Of a stretch of DNA of 64,000 nt, positions 50,691 to 62,000 are shown in pieces. Numbering within the stretch: position 1 is the stretch's first letter; each line of letters starts with the position of its first letter. Source of the DNA: Raillietiella orientalis (Eukaryota); assembly GCA_036172245.1 (NCBI GenBank), contig JAYWIR010000015.1, positions 2,542,001 through 2,606,000 of the forward strand. The letters run 5' to 3'. The notes under the pieces were generated by a model, which worked only from the letters and a program-made list of their open reading frames with translations, was not told where the DNA came from and did no database searches. The position numbers and the translations under genes were made by a program.

Positions 50691-50845
50691 TTACCAATTC
50701 CTTTCTTCCTGGCGGAGATTTCTACACTAACTTCCCATCTAGCCGCAAAACTGCTGCCCATATGTTCCCTGAGGGAAGGCAGCGCTGCGGCGAGGGAGAT
50801 TAATATAATTAAATGCTGACGTTTCCTCATTAAACGCTGACATTA

Positions 50846-50885
50846 AACGTCTGTGTAGCCCCGCACGCGGGGCTACACAGACGTT
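50846..50885. repeat. Perfect 19-bp inverted repeat with 2-nt spacer
   Basis: aacgtctgtgtagccccgc-ac-gcggggctacacagacgtt. Confidence 0.95.
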
Positions 50886-53800
50886 CCCTTGCCTTCTTTG
50901 CTTCCTCGGTTCCCCCGCCTTCTCCTCCCCTGTCCGAGACTCCCATCCTGCACGGAGAGGAAGCGGGATCCACCGCGTTCCCCTTTTCTCCCTTACTTCT
51001 GCAGGGGATCCCCCTAGAAATTCCACTTTCCCTCCCCATACCCTCGGTTCAGAAAGTGGCCTCCTTCCCTTCCAGCCGGAGCTTTTTGCTCGCCAACTGC
51101 GCACATCACCAAGGCCCTGTCACCATTCTGCTCCAAGAAGTAGTGCCGACGAAGCACGAGGGAGCTTGCCGCCCACGCATGGAGTGAGCCGTTCCTGAGA
51201 TATCCTTAACAGGACTCGAGGTACGAGGGAGGACTACTAAAGAGGGAAATCGAACAGCCACTCGGCCAACGAAAAAGCACAGGATCATGCATTCTGTGCG
51301 GTGGTTTCACTGTTCTGGCAGTGAGAGGACAGACTGTCACAGAAAGCATGTTAGAAATCGATCTCATGCCGGCGTGAAACACACATCTTAGGAGGTGATC
51401 ATGATCTGAGCATCAGCTGCGAATCTTTCCTCATTTAGGTTTTCAAAGAGCTCTTCAGGTGCATTCTCTTGTTGCACTTCGTTGTTCAAGAAAACGATCG
51501 TCAAGAGAAAGTTCGACTGACTGCTTTTGTTCTATTGTGTGTTCGACTGCATTTTTATTCATTTTTTTCATTTTTTTTTTTATTTTTTGTGGTCCGCACA
51601 CAGGAGCACACATCCTGTTCCTCTGATTGGTCTTCTTAAGTTACTTTTCACGTCTCATTTATTCTCTGTTTTTCTACCAAAATCCTTCCCTGCTGTCTCA
51701 GGGTCTCCACTTTTTCAACACATTTTCTAATGCGTCAATCAACCCAAGGACAAAATCCCACGAAATCACAGAAACTGAATGCACTTGTCTGTTGACTCAA
51801 AGTTCAGGCCTTAGAGAGTTCAGGTGCTCAGGAGCTCATTCTCAAGGAGAGGAAGATTCTGTTCCCTGTTGCAGAGCATAAGGAAAGTAGAAACAGCCAG
51901 ACTCGGAGCTGCAGATCCCAACAGCGGTCTTGAACCTATCTTCACCCTTTAGATATGGAGTCTCTTTGAAATCACATCTACGGTTGGGGTTCTTGGCAAA
52001 CATAAAGAGGTTCATTTTTATAATAATGAGTCATGGAGGAATTGACAGACATTGGTGTCCCTCACTGCTGGTCAGCTCTTCGAACAGTGCCTCCTCTCTG
52101 AAAATCATAAGAAAAGCATCAAAAGTTTTTCATCATACCAGAACAATCGCTTACGAAAACTAGAAAACTACTGAGAGTGGCCATACCTTTGATTAATCAG
52201 GATCATTATGAAGCTTTCTTGGTATTTTCGTTGATGTTCTGGTACTTTTCATAAGAGTGCAACATTCGATTCGGTCTACGAATCAGAATCATCACAAACA
52301 TCCACTGCTCAGATGTTTTGAAGCTGCTTGTGCTTCAGCCTTTCATCCTTGCACAAAACTGATGGAAGTTCACTTGTCCTTAATTTTTCTTTTTTCTCTC
52401 ACCTTCTCTGCCTTTTGGAATCTCCTGAATGTACATGACCTCATTCTGAGCTTTTCCGTATCCTTCTAGAAAACAAACAATTCCTTCTTCTCCCGTAGAG
52501 TTCCGGCTGTAAATGAAAAACTGGAATTTGTCATTTCTTTCTCATGTTTGGTGCAAACATGATTTTTTTTTTTTTTATGCGTTCACGTATAGGTTTTTCT
52601 CACATTAGGAATGTGAAAAACTTTTCACTGAACCCAACAAGACACAATTTTGGATCTGGAACTCGGACAGTTTTAGTTTCTAGATAGCAATCTTTTTTGT
52701 ATTGTTTGTTACCAGATTCTTTCACTCTACTTTTTTCTGGACTGCTTCGGTTTTTCTTGAAGTGAAATGATTAATCTTCCTGGAATGTACACGTGCTGTA
52801 ATGTACACAATGACTCTCGCAATTTGCAAAGATGGTCTTAAATCGTAGTTGCCTTGTTTCAGTTATGTCTGCATTCTAGCTTAGGTAATATATTGTAATC
52901 TCATCCATGCGTTTATCTTTCTTTTTGTTGTTGCCATTGTGTTATTTCGCCATTTAAATGGTCTTCTAGTATCCTCGATAAAAGCAAAAATGGAAGCTGT
53001 CGCGCTTTATTTACTTTTTTAAAAACCTAACACATGCTCGTCACATTCAAAGTAGTTTGACATCATGAAACAGTGGGAAACAGAGCTATGGTGGCTGTAA
53101 TTTTTTTTTCATTTGAAGCTGCATTTCAAAGAGACATAGGAAAATGGTTCCAAGTAACAAACAGGTTGTACAGGTCTATGCTGAGGAAAGCGTTTATGTT
53201 TATTTTTTCCTTGAAATTACAATTTTTTCTATAGCTCACTTTCGTATTTACTTCTCACTCTACCTATTAAGGATGTGTTCGTCTTCTCAGGTTGAAGTTG
53301 CTCTTTCCGAAGTCATCTTTACAATTTGATCATCTGAATGTACCTTTTTTATGTTCATTTTCTAAGCATGAACTGTAAAGAAGAAAATGAGCATTTTTGA
53401 CGCTTCCGTAACGGACCAGCGTGAAAACACTTGTTCTCTTTGGTATACTGTTTTTGAGACCGTTTCTCTACTCCTTCAGACCCAATCACAGCTTCCTTCT
53501 CTAAGTCCTACATTGATAAATACTCGAGGGATGAGCAAAAATTATGGAGCCGGGAAACCGTTGCGACCTGTGAAGTTTTTTGCACAATGATGTTGTCTAT
53601 GAGCAACGTTTTAGCAAAGCTTTGCCATCACTGAATATGCCAATAAATAAAAACGCAGCTTTATGATGAGACAGCATGAATTTTGTAAGAAAAAAGAAAA
53701 GCCTCGTTTCAGTGAAGCTCTGTGCCGTATATGAAGTGAGTAACATCTAAAATGCCAACTCAAGGCAATCATGCACTAAGATTTCAACTAGCAGATCCCT

Positions 53801-54179
53801 TCTATACCTTTCAACAAGTTAAAACCAACAGTAATTGTTTTTCTGTTGATTAAATCATCACGTGTTAAAGTTTTCTTGATCCCATTAAGATAATCATGGA
53901 ATAGTACCGGATTCTGATGTTCAGTATGTTACAATACACTCTCTTGAAAGCAGTTAATAAGAATCCCTCATGGTTCATCATTCCGAGGTAACTACAAGGT
54001 TTAATTTGAGTTTGTTTTCAAAAACAGCTCAGCTAATGCTCGACTGTTTTGATCATTGGATCAACAGCAATTGTTTTTCTGTTGCGTAAATCCGTTGCTC
54101 AACCCAAACACGAATGTAGACTAAGGACACAAGAAAGAAATCCTAAGACCAATTTCCTATGCATGCGAGAAACGTAATT

Positions 54180-54502
54180 TATCCGGAGAGTGGCAAGCAT
54201 AGGTTGCCGCAGTGGCACAAAATGCCACTTGGCAACGGTCGTTCCTGGGCTGCAAGAGAAAGCGAAAGCGCGTAGCCAAGTGCAAGAAGTGGAAGGCCTG
54301 CAGAAGTGCCACGGCCATGTCGGCCGCCGTTAATGCACGGGGAGAGTTGGCATTCTTTTGCGTCTGAAAAAATATAACGGGACATACTGCAACGTGAAGC
54401 TGTAGACGCGGTTCCAGCGTACTTCGTTAAATTAATTCTTCCCTGCAATTGGAAGCATTTCACGTTATTTCAACGAAGAAGAAACGAAGCTATATCCAAA
54501 AG
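54180..54502 (+). promoter_or_regulatory. Candidate Stim promoter / non-coding first exon
   Basis: Local GC/CpG-rich patch in AT-rich DNA, nested palindrome at 54203-54236, donor AG/GTAAAA at 54503 and a strong polypyrimidine acceptor ending 55117, all upstream of the Stim ATG. Confidence 0.4.
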
Positions 54503-55973
54503 GTAAAAAGTCGAGGCAAAGAGGATTCTCTGCAATAAGTTATGGATTACTCGAGTGGCGGAAGGATTGCAAGTAATTTTCCTTCGCGAGCAGATGTCCG
54601 ACTCTGTAGCACCAAAGGATTGTCATTTTAAGAATTCAATCTGAAATTCTGAAGAAAGAATGTTGAATGAGAAAGACGATCCGAATCTTTGCTTCGAAGC
54701 CTAATGATCCATCGTTAAGTTCCATCTTTATAAGTTCGTTAAGTTGACAAGTATATGTGGCAAAACTAATTTATAATAAAGGTAATTTCCTTAAAGGTCA
54801 AAGAATTCTACGTCTTTCAGCAAATGCGATTAACTCACGTAGTTGGATGAGATCTCTGTTTCCAATTCAAAGATCGAAAAACAGTTCGTGATGTAACCTT
54901 CCACAGAATAAGCATATCATTGGATGAATGTTACTCAGCCAAAAAGAATTTTCTTTTTTTTTTCCGTTACACGTGAATAAAAATCATAGGACAAAAAAAA
55001 TTCACGTATCCAATGCTGGGTTTCCCGCTGGCGTGTGTGTGCATTCGATGGATTCCGTAATGGATGCCGGCGTTAACTAAAAGTAGCAGCAGTCTTTTTT
55101 TCCTTTTCCTTTTTCAGGTTGGCTTGGATTTGATTGCAATTACGTCGGGATACTCGTTAAGTTTACGATGCTAATTCGAACCGATGATATGGAAAAAAAC
55201 CGCACCTGGAATTGCCTCTATAAACGGCTCCTCGTGCGGGTTCTAAACGTACTAGTTGGAGAACCATCTACGAAGTATATTTTTTCCCCTCATCTGTTTT
55301 TTGTTTTTCCGCTTTTTGGGGGGGGAAAACATTTTGGATGCCGGGTCCGGATTCCTGCATCCTCCGAAGATATCAGGACAAACGAAATGGATCTGGAATC
55401 CCGCAGGAGTAGAACTGCTTATCAATCGTCTTCCGAGATCACACACACAGGAGCACCCGAGTCGGCGAGAGGCGGTTGAGATAGCAACGCGAGGAAACAG
55501 AAATTGTTATGTTTGGGCTGTTTACTGTAAAACTGAAGAGTTTTGCCGGAGATGGGGAGGGTCGTGTTTGAGATGGGGGAAGGAATGTTTGATCGTTTCC
55601 GAAATAAGTTATTTCTCATGTATGTCGCTGTTCATTCCTCAAAGTGATAATGCTTTCGTAATGAAGTGAGAGTTCCATGTATCTTTAGGTTGAACTTTTG
55701 AATGTACAGAAAGGTAAAAGCTTACATGGCGGTTTAAAAAAAAAAAATGAGTGCTGCCATCAGAATATGTTTTCCTTATTTTGACTGATTAAGATACATT
55801 AATCTCATCTGTATTGACAAAATGGAAAAAAACAACAAAGAAAGAAAAATTAGACAATGATCTTTTCCCTAAATAACAAACATGGAAGGTGCAAACTGAA
55901 ATCAGTAAGAGGTACAGTGTGATAACCCTTTAGAACTGAATGTTTAACTTGGGGTTTTCTTGAAAAAAGACCA

Positions 55974-56088
55974 ATGAAGCTCCCAATATTAATTTTGCTT
56001 TTGACCACCTTGTACAATGATTTGTACGCAATTGATGCAAAGTCAAGAGTGCAAGAAGACTTTCAGCCAAGTGGAAAAGCTATTGATA
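55974..56088 (+). CDS. Stim: Stim exon: signal peptide
   Basis: MKLPILILLLTTLY...; donor GTAAAT, phase 1 fits the next exon. Confidence 0.7.
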
Positions 56089-59000
56089 GTAAATATTCCT
56101 TTTTGTTGGTTTTAAGATTTTTTGATTTACTTTTTTTGATTTTTACCCAAACAAATCATTGTCTTTATGCAGATATGTTAGGTTTGAACTTATATTCAGT
56201 TGAAGAGAATTTCATTATTTATTTTTTCTTTAATATGTAATTAAGTGAAGTCGTATTCATGCATAACTCATTATTCAAACATTCTGGAACATCCACTCTG
56301 TCATAAATATGTATTCAATGTAATGTATATTAATGTCACAGAAACAGGATTTAACACACAATATCGAGGCCTCCAGGTGTCATTCTTCTCAAATTATGGA
56401 TAGCAACTGTTATAAAAGAACTGCTATGGAAGAGGAGTTTTGGGATCATTCTGTTTTAAACAAAAATTGAAAATTAATTTTTAATATTAATAGACAGATT
56501 TTTAAAAGTGAACTAGGAATCTCAGTTTGAGGCAAAATTTTTGGTAATTTTAGCTTCATTCGTAGACAGTTGAAAAATTTCAGAGTGACATTGAAATGAG
56601 TGGCTAAAATTACTGTTCTGAAATAAGATTGAAATAATACGATGTCTGTGATCATAATTCTAGGAATCCGTATGCAGAATAATCTGTCAGCTGAAATTGC
56701 AGAATTCTTTATTAAATTATTGTTTATGATTGTTTGCTCCTTACAATAACATAAAAAGTTATATAATGATAACGAATATAACTGAAATTAAAAACATATT
56801 AATGTATAAATAAAGTTTTATTAGTTGATTCCTATTGTTGGCATGATCACTTTTTAACAGACCCAAGAATATTAAATTTTTATGAAACCCATATTTTTGG
56901 ATAAGAGGAAATTGACACAAGAATGGAAATTGACATGAGTTGCACCTTCCACAAAACATTGCAATCCTTATAGATTGCTGTGATTCAATCAAAATTCATT
57001 GAAATAATTCTCTTAAGTGTCACTGATATTATTGAATTTCATTTGAGATTGCTCAGTGATTTTTACTTCCAAATAAGTATTAATAATAACATATGTATTC
57101 TTGAAAATAATAGAAATTTGCTGTTTATTTAAATAGTAATTATGGAACCATTGAGGATGATGTTGGGAATGGAATCTTTGCAATAGATCAGCAAAACTTA
57201 TTGTTTGTCCACAAATTAAAGATTGTAAACAAGGAAAAATCAGAATGTCAAACACTTGAATGTCGACTGTTTCTCTAGGGTTTTATGTAAGGCATGTACC
57301 AAAATTGTAGTTCAAGAAGTGTAAAAGTGATTGCTTTTTGTTATTAACAGAAATTCAGTTCATCAAACTCATAATACAATTTAACCAAGGATAGTTTTTT
57401 TGTGTAATGCAATGCATATTTGATACATGTTTGGCACCTTCATGAATTATAGGGAAGCCCAAAATTCTTAGAAATTACCTGAATCAATTTGCTATACAAC
57501 TGAAAGCTGTTCATCAGCTACCCTTGAATGATGACTAAATCATAAACCTGTATTGGAAAATTGAAAATCTCATGATCATGTAATTTTATTGCACTTTTTA
57601 ATGTCACTTCATAAAGTTTTACCATTTGGTGATGATTCAGTCATGTTATTGGTGCAAGTAGAGCATCATGTTTCCCATTTGTACAGGTTCTCAAAAAAAA
57701 AAAAAAAAGGAAATTCAAAATAAGGCTTTGTGAAAGCACAAAGGAATTGTGCCAGCTCATTCCGATTTCCATTGTTTATCAGTGTTTCTTCTTTTTGCAC
57801 CCAGCCTGTTTGCTCCATATAGTTGAAACAGACATCCATAAGTGCAAAAGTGAAATGTTTTATTCTAAATTTTGAAACCAAGAGCATAAGATCGTTGCAT
57901 GGTGCTTTTCGTAGGCTTAGTGGTGGAAGGAACCACCTACATCCAAAAGCATTTTGAAATGGTTTATACAGTTTGATTCTACCAGATGCATTATTCATCA
58001 CAAATGAACTGGCAAGCCACCAGCATTTCCCAGCCACATTAAGAAAATGAGGTACACTTTTGTGAATGGTTCAAGTAAGTCAGTACATAGAGTTTCATTC
58101 GAATCTGATCTGTAAGTTTTCATCAGCAAGCATAATTGTTCCAAAGGCACAAAAGGTTTTCCTGCAAATACCAGTCCATTCAGGTATTTTCTGAAAATAT
58201 GAGTCAGGTATTATGGGATAAGATTCCATGTGAGCATATAGATCAAGAACAAGGGTTTCTCATTCATTAATGTATAATAAAAGAAGGTATTCATAAGCAA
58301 CATAGATTGAACAAAAATAAATGTGCACAGGTCAAGTTACTTTATAAAGTATGCACAATTATCTTTTATGTAGGGTGATGAGGTATTTTATTTGCACAAG
58401 TTATCTGTGTATGGGAAATTACTTGGGGATCTCTGATACATCATAATGATATAGTTGTATGGCTAGTGGAACAAACAGTCAAATGTTAGTGATTTGTTTG
58501 TTAGTGTACACTGTAATGATTTGAATCAATATCCCAAACTATCTTTTAAAAATTAGGTTCCTATATTTTTAGGAAAACCAAGAAATTTCCAGCCAAAACT
58601 GCAGATATGGTCACCCTGTGTTTAGAAGTTTTTCTTTTTTTAACAAATAGACACGACATATTTTGGTATTCTGCCATAGTGTCTGAGTTCACTTGTGTAA
58701 GGTTAGCACTGTTAATGTCATTTTCAACTTAGTAATGCATTTAGTTCTTCTGTTTATTCTATGATTACCTTAATGAGAGCTCTTGGCACCTACTGTATTG
58801 AAGAGACCATTTCCATTGATCTTAGTTTTCAAGATTGCAAACTTGGATTGTTTCAGGGATGCAATTTTGTATCTTTCATTTTAAATCTTTTAATCAGTCT
58901 ACAAAATGAGCACAATAGTGTCTGTTAACTCCAAAACGCTGATTGAAATTTGGAGCAAGTTAGAATAAGGCTCGAGTTTTTCAGAACACAAGAAGTATAT

Positions 59001-62000
59001 TGAGATTTCACATTATGCAGAATAGAATATATTAGGGTATCGAGCATAATATTCCTAGCTTTAGAATTTTTTTGCAATAACAATTTTTGAGTCATATAGT
59101 AGGTTTCTCCAGTGATAGCACGAATTTTCCACATTCCTATTTATGATAATTTGCCTTTTTGTTGCTAATTGTTAGTATCTTTCGGAATAAGGAAAATGTT
59201 TCATTTCTCAAACATTTTATCCTGATGTCTAGTAAATAATGGAATATGTGCTTAAATAGTGTATAAAACAAAATTTATTTCCCATTTTGAATGAATATTG
59301 TGAGTTTTGGAGTACTTGGTCGTTTGTTTTCCATATTCTGCTACTATTATGAAAAATTCTGAGAAACTTATCTGAATAATCTACAGATCGTTGAAGTAAG
59401 CTACGTGTTGAATTTTTGCATATTTTGAATCCATGTGTTTGAGTGCTTTGTTTAAGCAAGCGGTGTTGTTTGCTTAGTTATTTTATGATGTCTTCCATGA
59501 TTAGGTGTTTAAATATTTGATTTATTTGAAACTGTCACTGTAGGTAGTTTGCAACACTTCAACATAATGTGAACTTATTTGCAAAGAATGGCAGTTAACA
59601 TCTTGGTTTGTTTTGAAACATGTTCTTTCTCTTTCTGATTTTACAGGAAGTTTTGATTTCATACCAGATGCCTCGATTTATAACTTGGATGCATGTTATT
59701 AACGTAATTTGCAGCAAAACTGCCACTATGATATGACAAATTTTGCACAACTCTTGAATCCAATTTAGATATTTAACCAACGTACATACTTTCGTATTTG
59801 GGATTTTTTTTTTAATAGATTACAAATAAGTATCTAATCACCTCATTGTTTGCAACAAGCGAACCTTCATTTTTAATGTAACAATACAGGATACAGTATA
59901 GTTTGAATATATTGTTAACACATGCATGTATAACGTGTTTGCATCATATTCAACATTGTGTAGAAACCTACAAGCTTATTTTTAAAATTTGGGGAAAATA
60001 TGCAAAAAAAAGCAATACATTGTGTTTTTGTGTTCATAACTTTCTTGTTTGGTTATAAAGAATTGTTGCAATGCAGTGTTTACTGGTATTGTTTACTGGT
60101 ACTGTGAACATTCATTCCAACTAGGAACAAACAAACAATCACATCAGTCAACAAGAATCGCAAATTTTTTTGCTATGTTCATATGACACTGAACACATTG
60201 AGCAAATAAGCATGAATTAATTGATTAATGTATCCATTATCTTCCGAATTTTTTTATATTGCTTGTGGGTTACATCAGCTTCAGAAATGAAAATCTCAAT
60301 AAGCATTGAGAAAGAATTTTGTTAGTTTTATTCAATTTTCTCGTGACATTGTCTGTAAAAAAGAAAAAAAAAGAAAGAAAGAAAGACAAAAAAGTGATTC
60401 GATCAACTGTTATGTGTTTTTTTTTTTTTTTTTAACATTCACAAAACCTGCTTCCAAGAAATTTGCAAACGATTTTCTGGTTATGCATGGCTACATTACT
60501 TTTTCTTAGCACTAAGTACATATAGGAACGTGTTTTATATAAACTTTTTGTAAAGTATTTACTTCTTTTCTTTTTGTTTTTTGAGTAGCAGTTCACTTTT
60601 GAAATGATTTCAAATTTGGAATTGGGACCTCAGCTTTTGCAGTTTGAGATCACCTGGTGATGAATGCCAGATTTTTTCAAACCAATGATGAGAAAAAAAA
60701 TACATTGGTGATAAAAAGTGTGGCCAATCTTAATCAAAGATAATAAGTATACTATTAAGTTTTACAACTTAGAACGTAACATGATGTCCACTTTTGTCCC
60801 ACTTGTACTAATTCCAAAATTTATTGTATTTAATGGTACAGTGTTCTAATTAAATATAGTGTTATACTGATGTTTCGGAGATGTGCAGCAACACTGTACT
60901 ATATGGAATTTTTAGGTATCACACTCATTAGAGCACCAAAATTGCAATCTGCTTTCATCTGATTCTAGGGTTAAAGCCTTCATGTAATGAAACTACAGAT
61001 GCTACAGATGTGAACCCGGAATTGGAAGCCATCAAGTCTCTGCATGCACAGATGGATGATGATAATAATGGAAGTATTGATGTTGAGGAATCAGATGATG
61101 TAAGAAATTGCTTCTTTGTATTGCAAATAGAGAAACATGAAGTCCCACGAAAATTTTTCTATTTTTAAATGCAAGAGTTCAGTATGGAGATTGCTGATAG
61201 CATTTTTATATTCAAGTGTAACAGTACAAATCAATTACGTTTTTTGATGTTTGAAATGTATTCTTGCAGCAAATTAAATATGGAAAACTTGTGTTCGCAT
61301 TGTTATTTCAACTGCACATAATAAAGAAAGTATACGTTTGGTAATGATGTGTTTTTTTCTCTCCCTCTCCTTCTTCTCCCCTAATAGTTTATTCGAGAAG
61401 AACTGAATTATGAAGGCAGTTCAGAGCAAAAAAGGCAACAAGCATTTCACAAAGCTGATAAACAGATCTCAGTGAAAGATATGTGGAATTCCTGGCTAAA
61501 TTCTGAGGTAGTAGCCCCTCATGATTATTTGATAATGTGGAATGTTTTCACAATGAAAGGTACACAACTGGACTGTTGAGGAAACTGTGTATTGGTTAGA
61601 AACTGTTGTTGATCTTCCTATGTATAGTAGTAAGTTTGTTAAATTTGAAGTTAATGGCACTTTTTTGCCACGGTAAGTATAATCCTACTGGATAGGTGTG
61701 TATATCTCAAAGTAGACTAGCTACCAATTCTCATTACATGACATCAGTGCTTGGTATTGACAATCCTATACATAGACAAAAGCTTACTTTAAAGGCAATA
61801 GATGCAGTTTTGTTTGGTCCTCCAAAAGGTAGAAAGAACTCGGAATTAATGGAGTTTACGTTGTGTTAAGATAAAAATTACTGGAAAGACAAATTATTGC
61901 TTAGTCTGATGATTGTTGCTATTGGAGGATGCTGGTTAGCATACTCTCAACACAGAAATTCCCGAATCCACTTACAAAAGATGATGAGAGATATGGAGAG

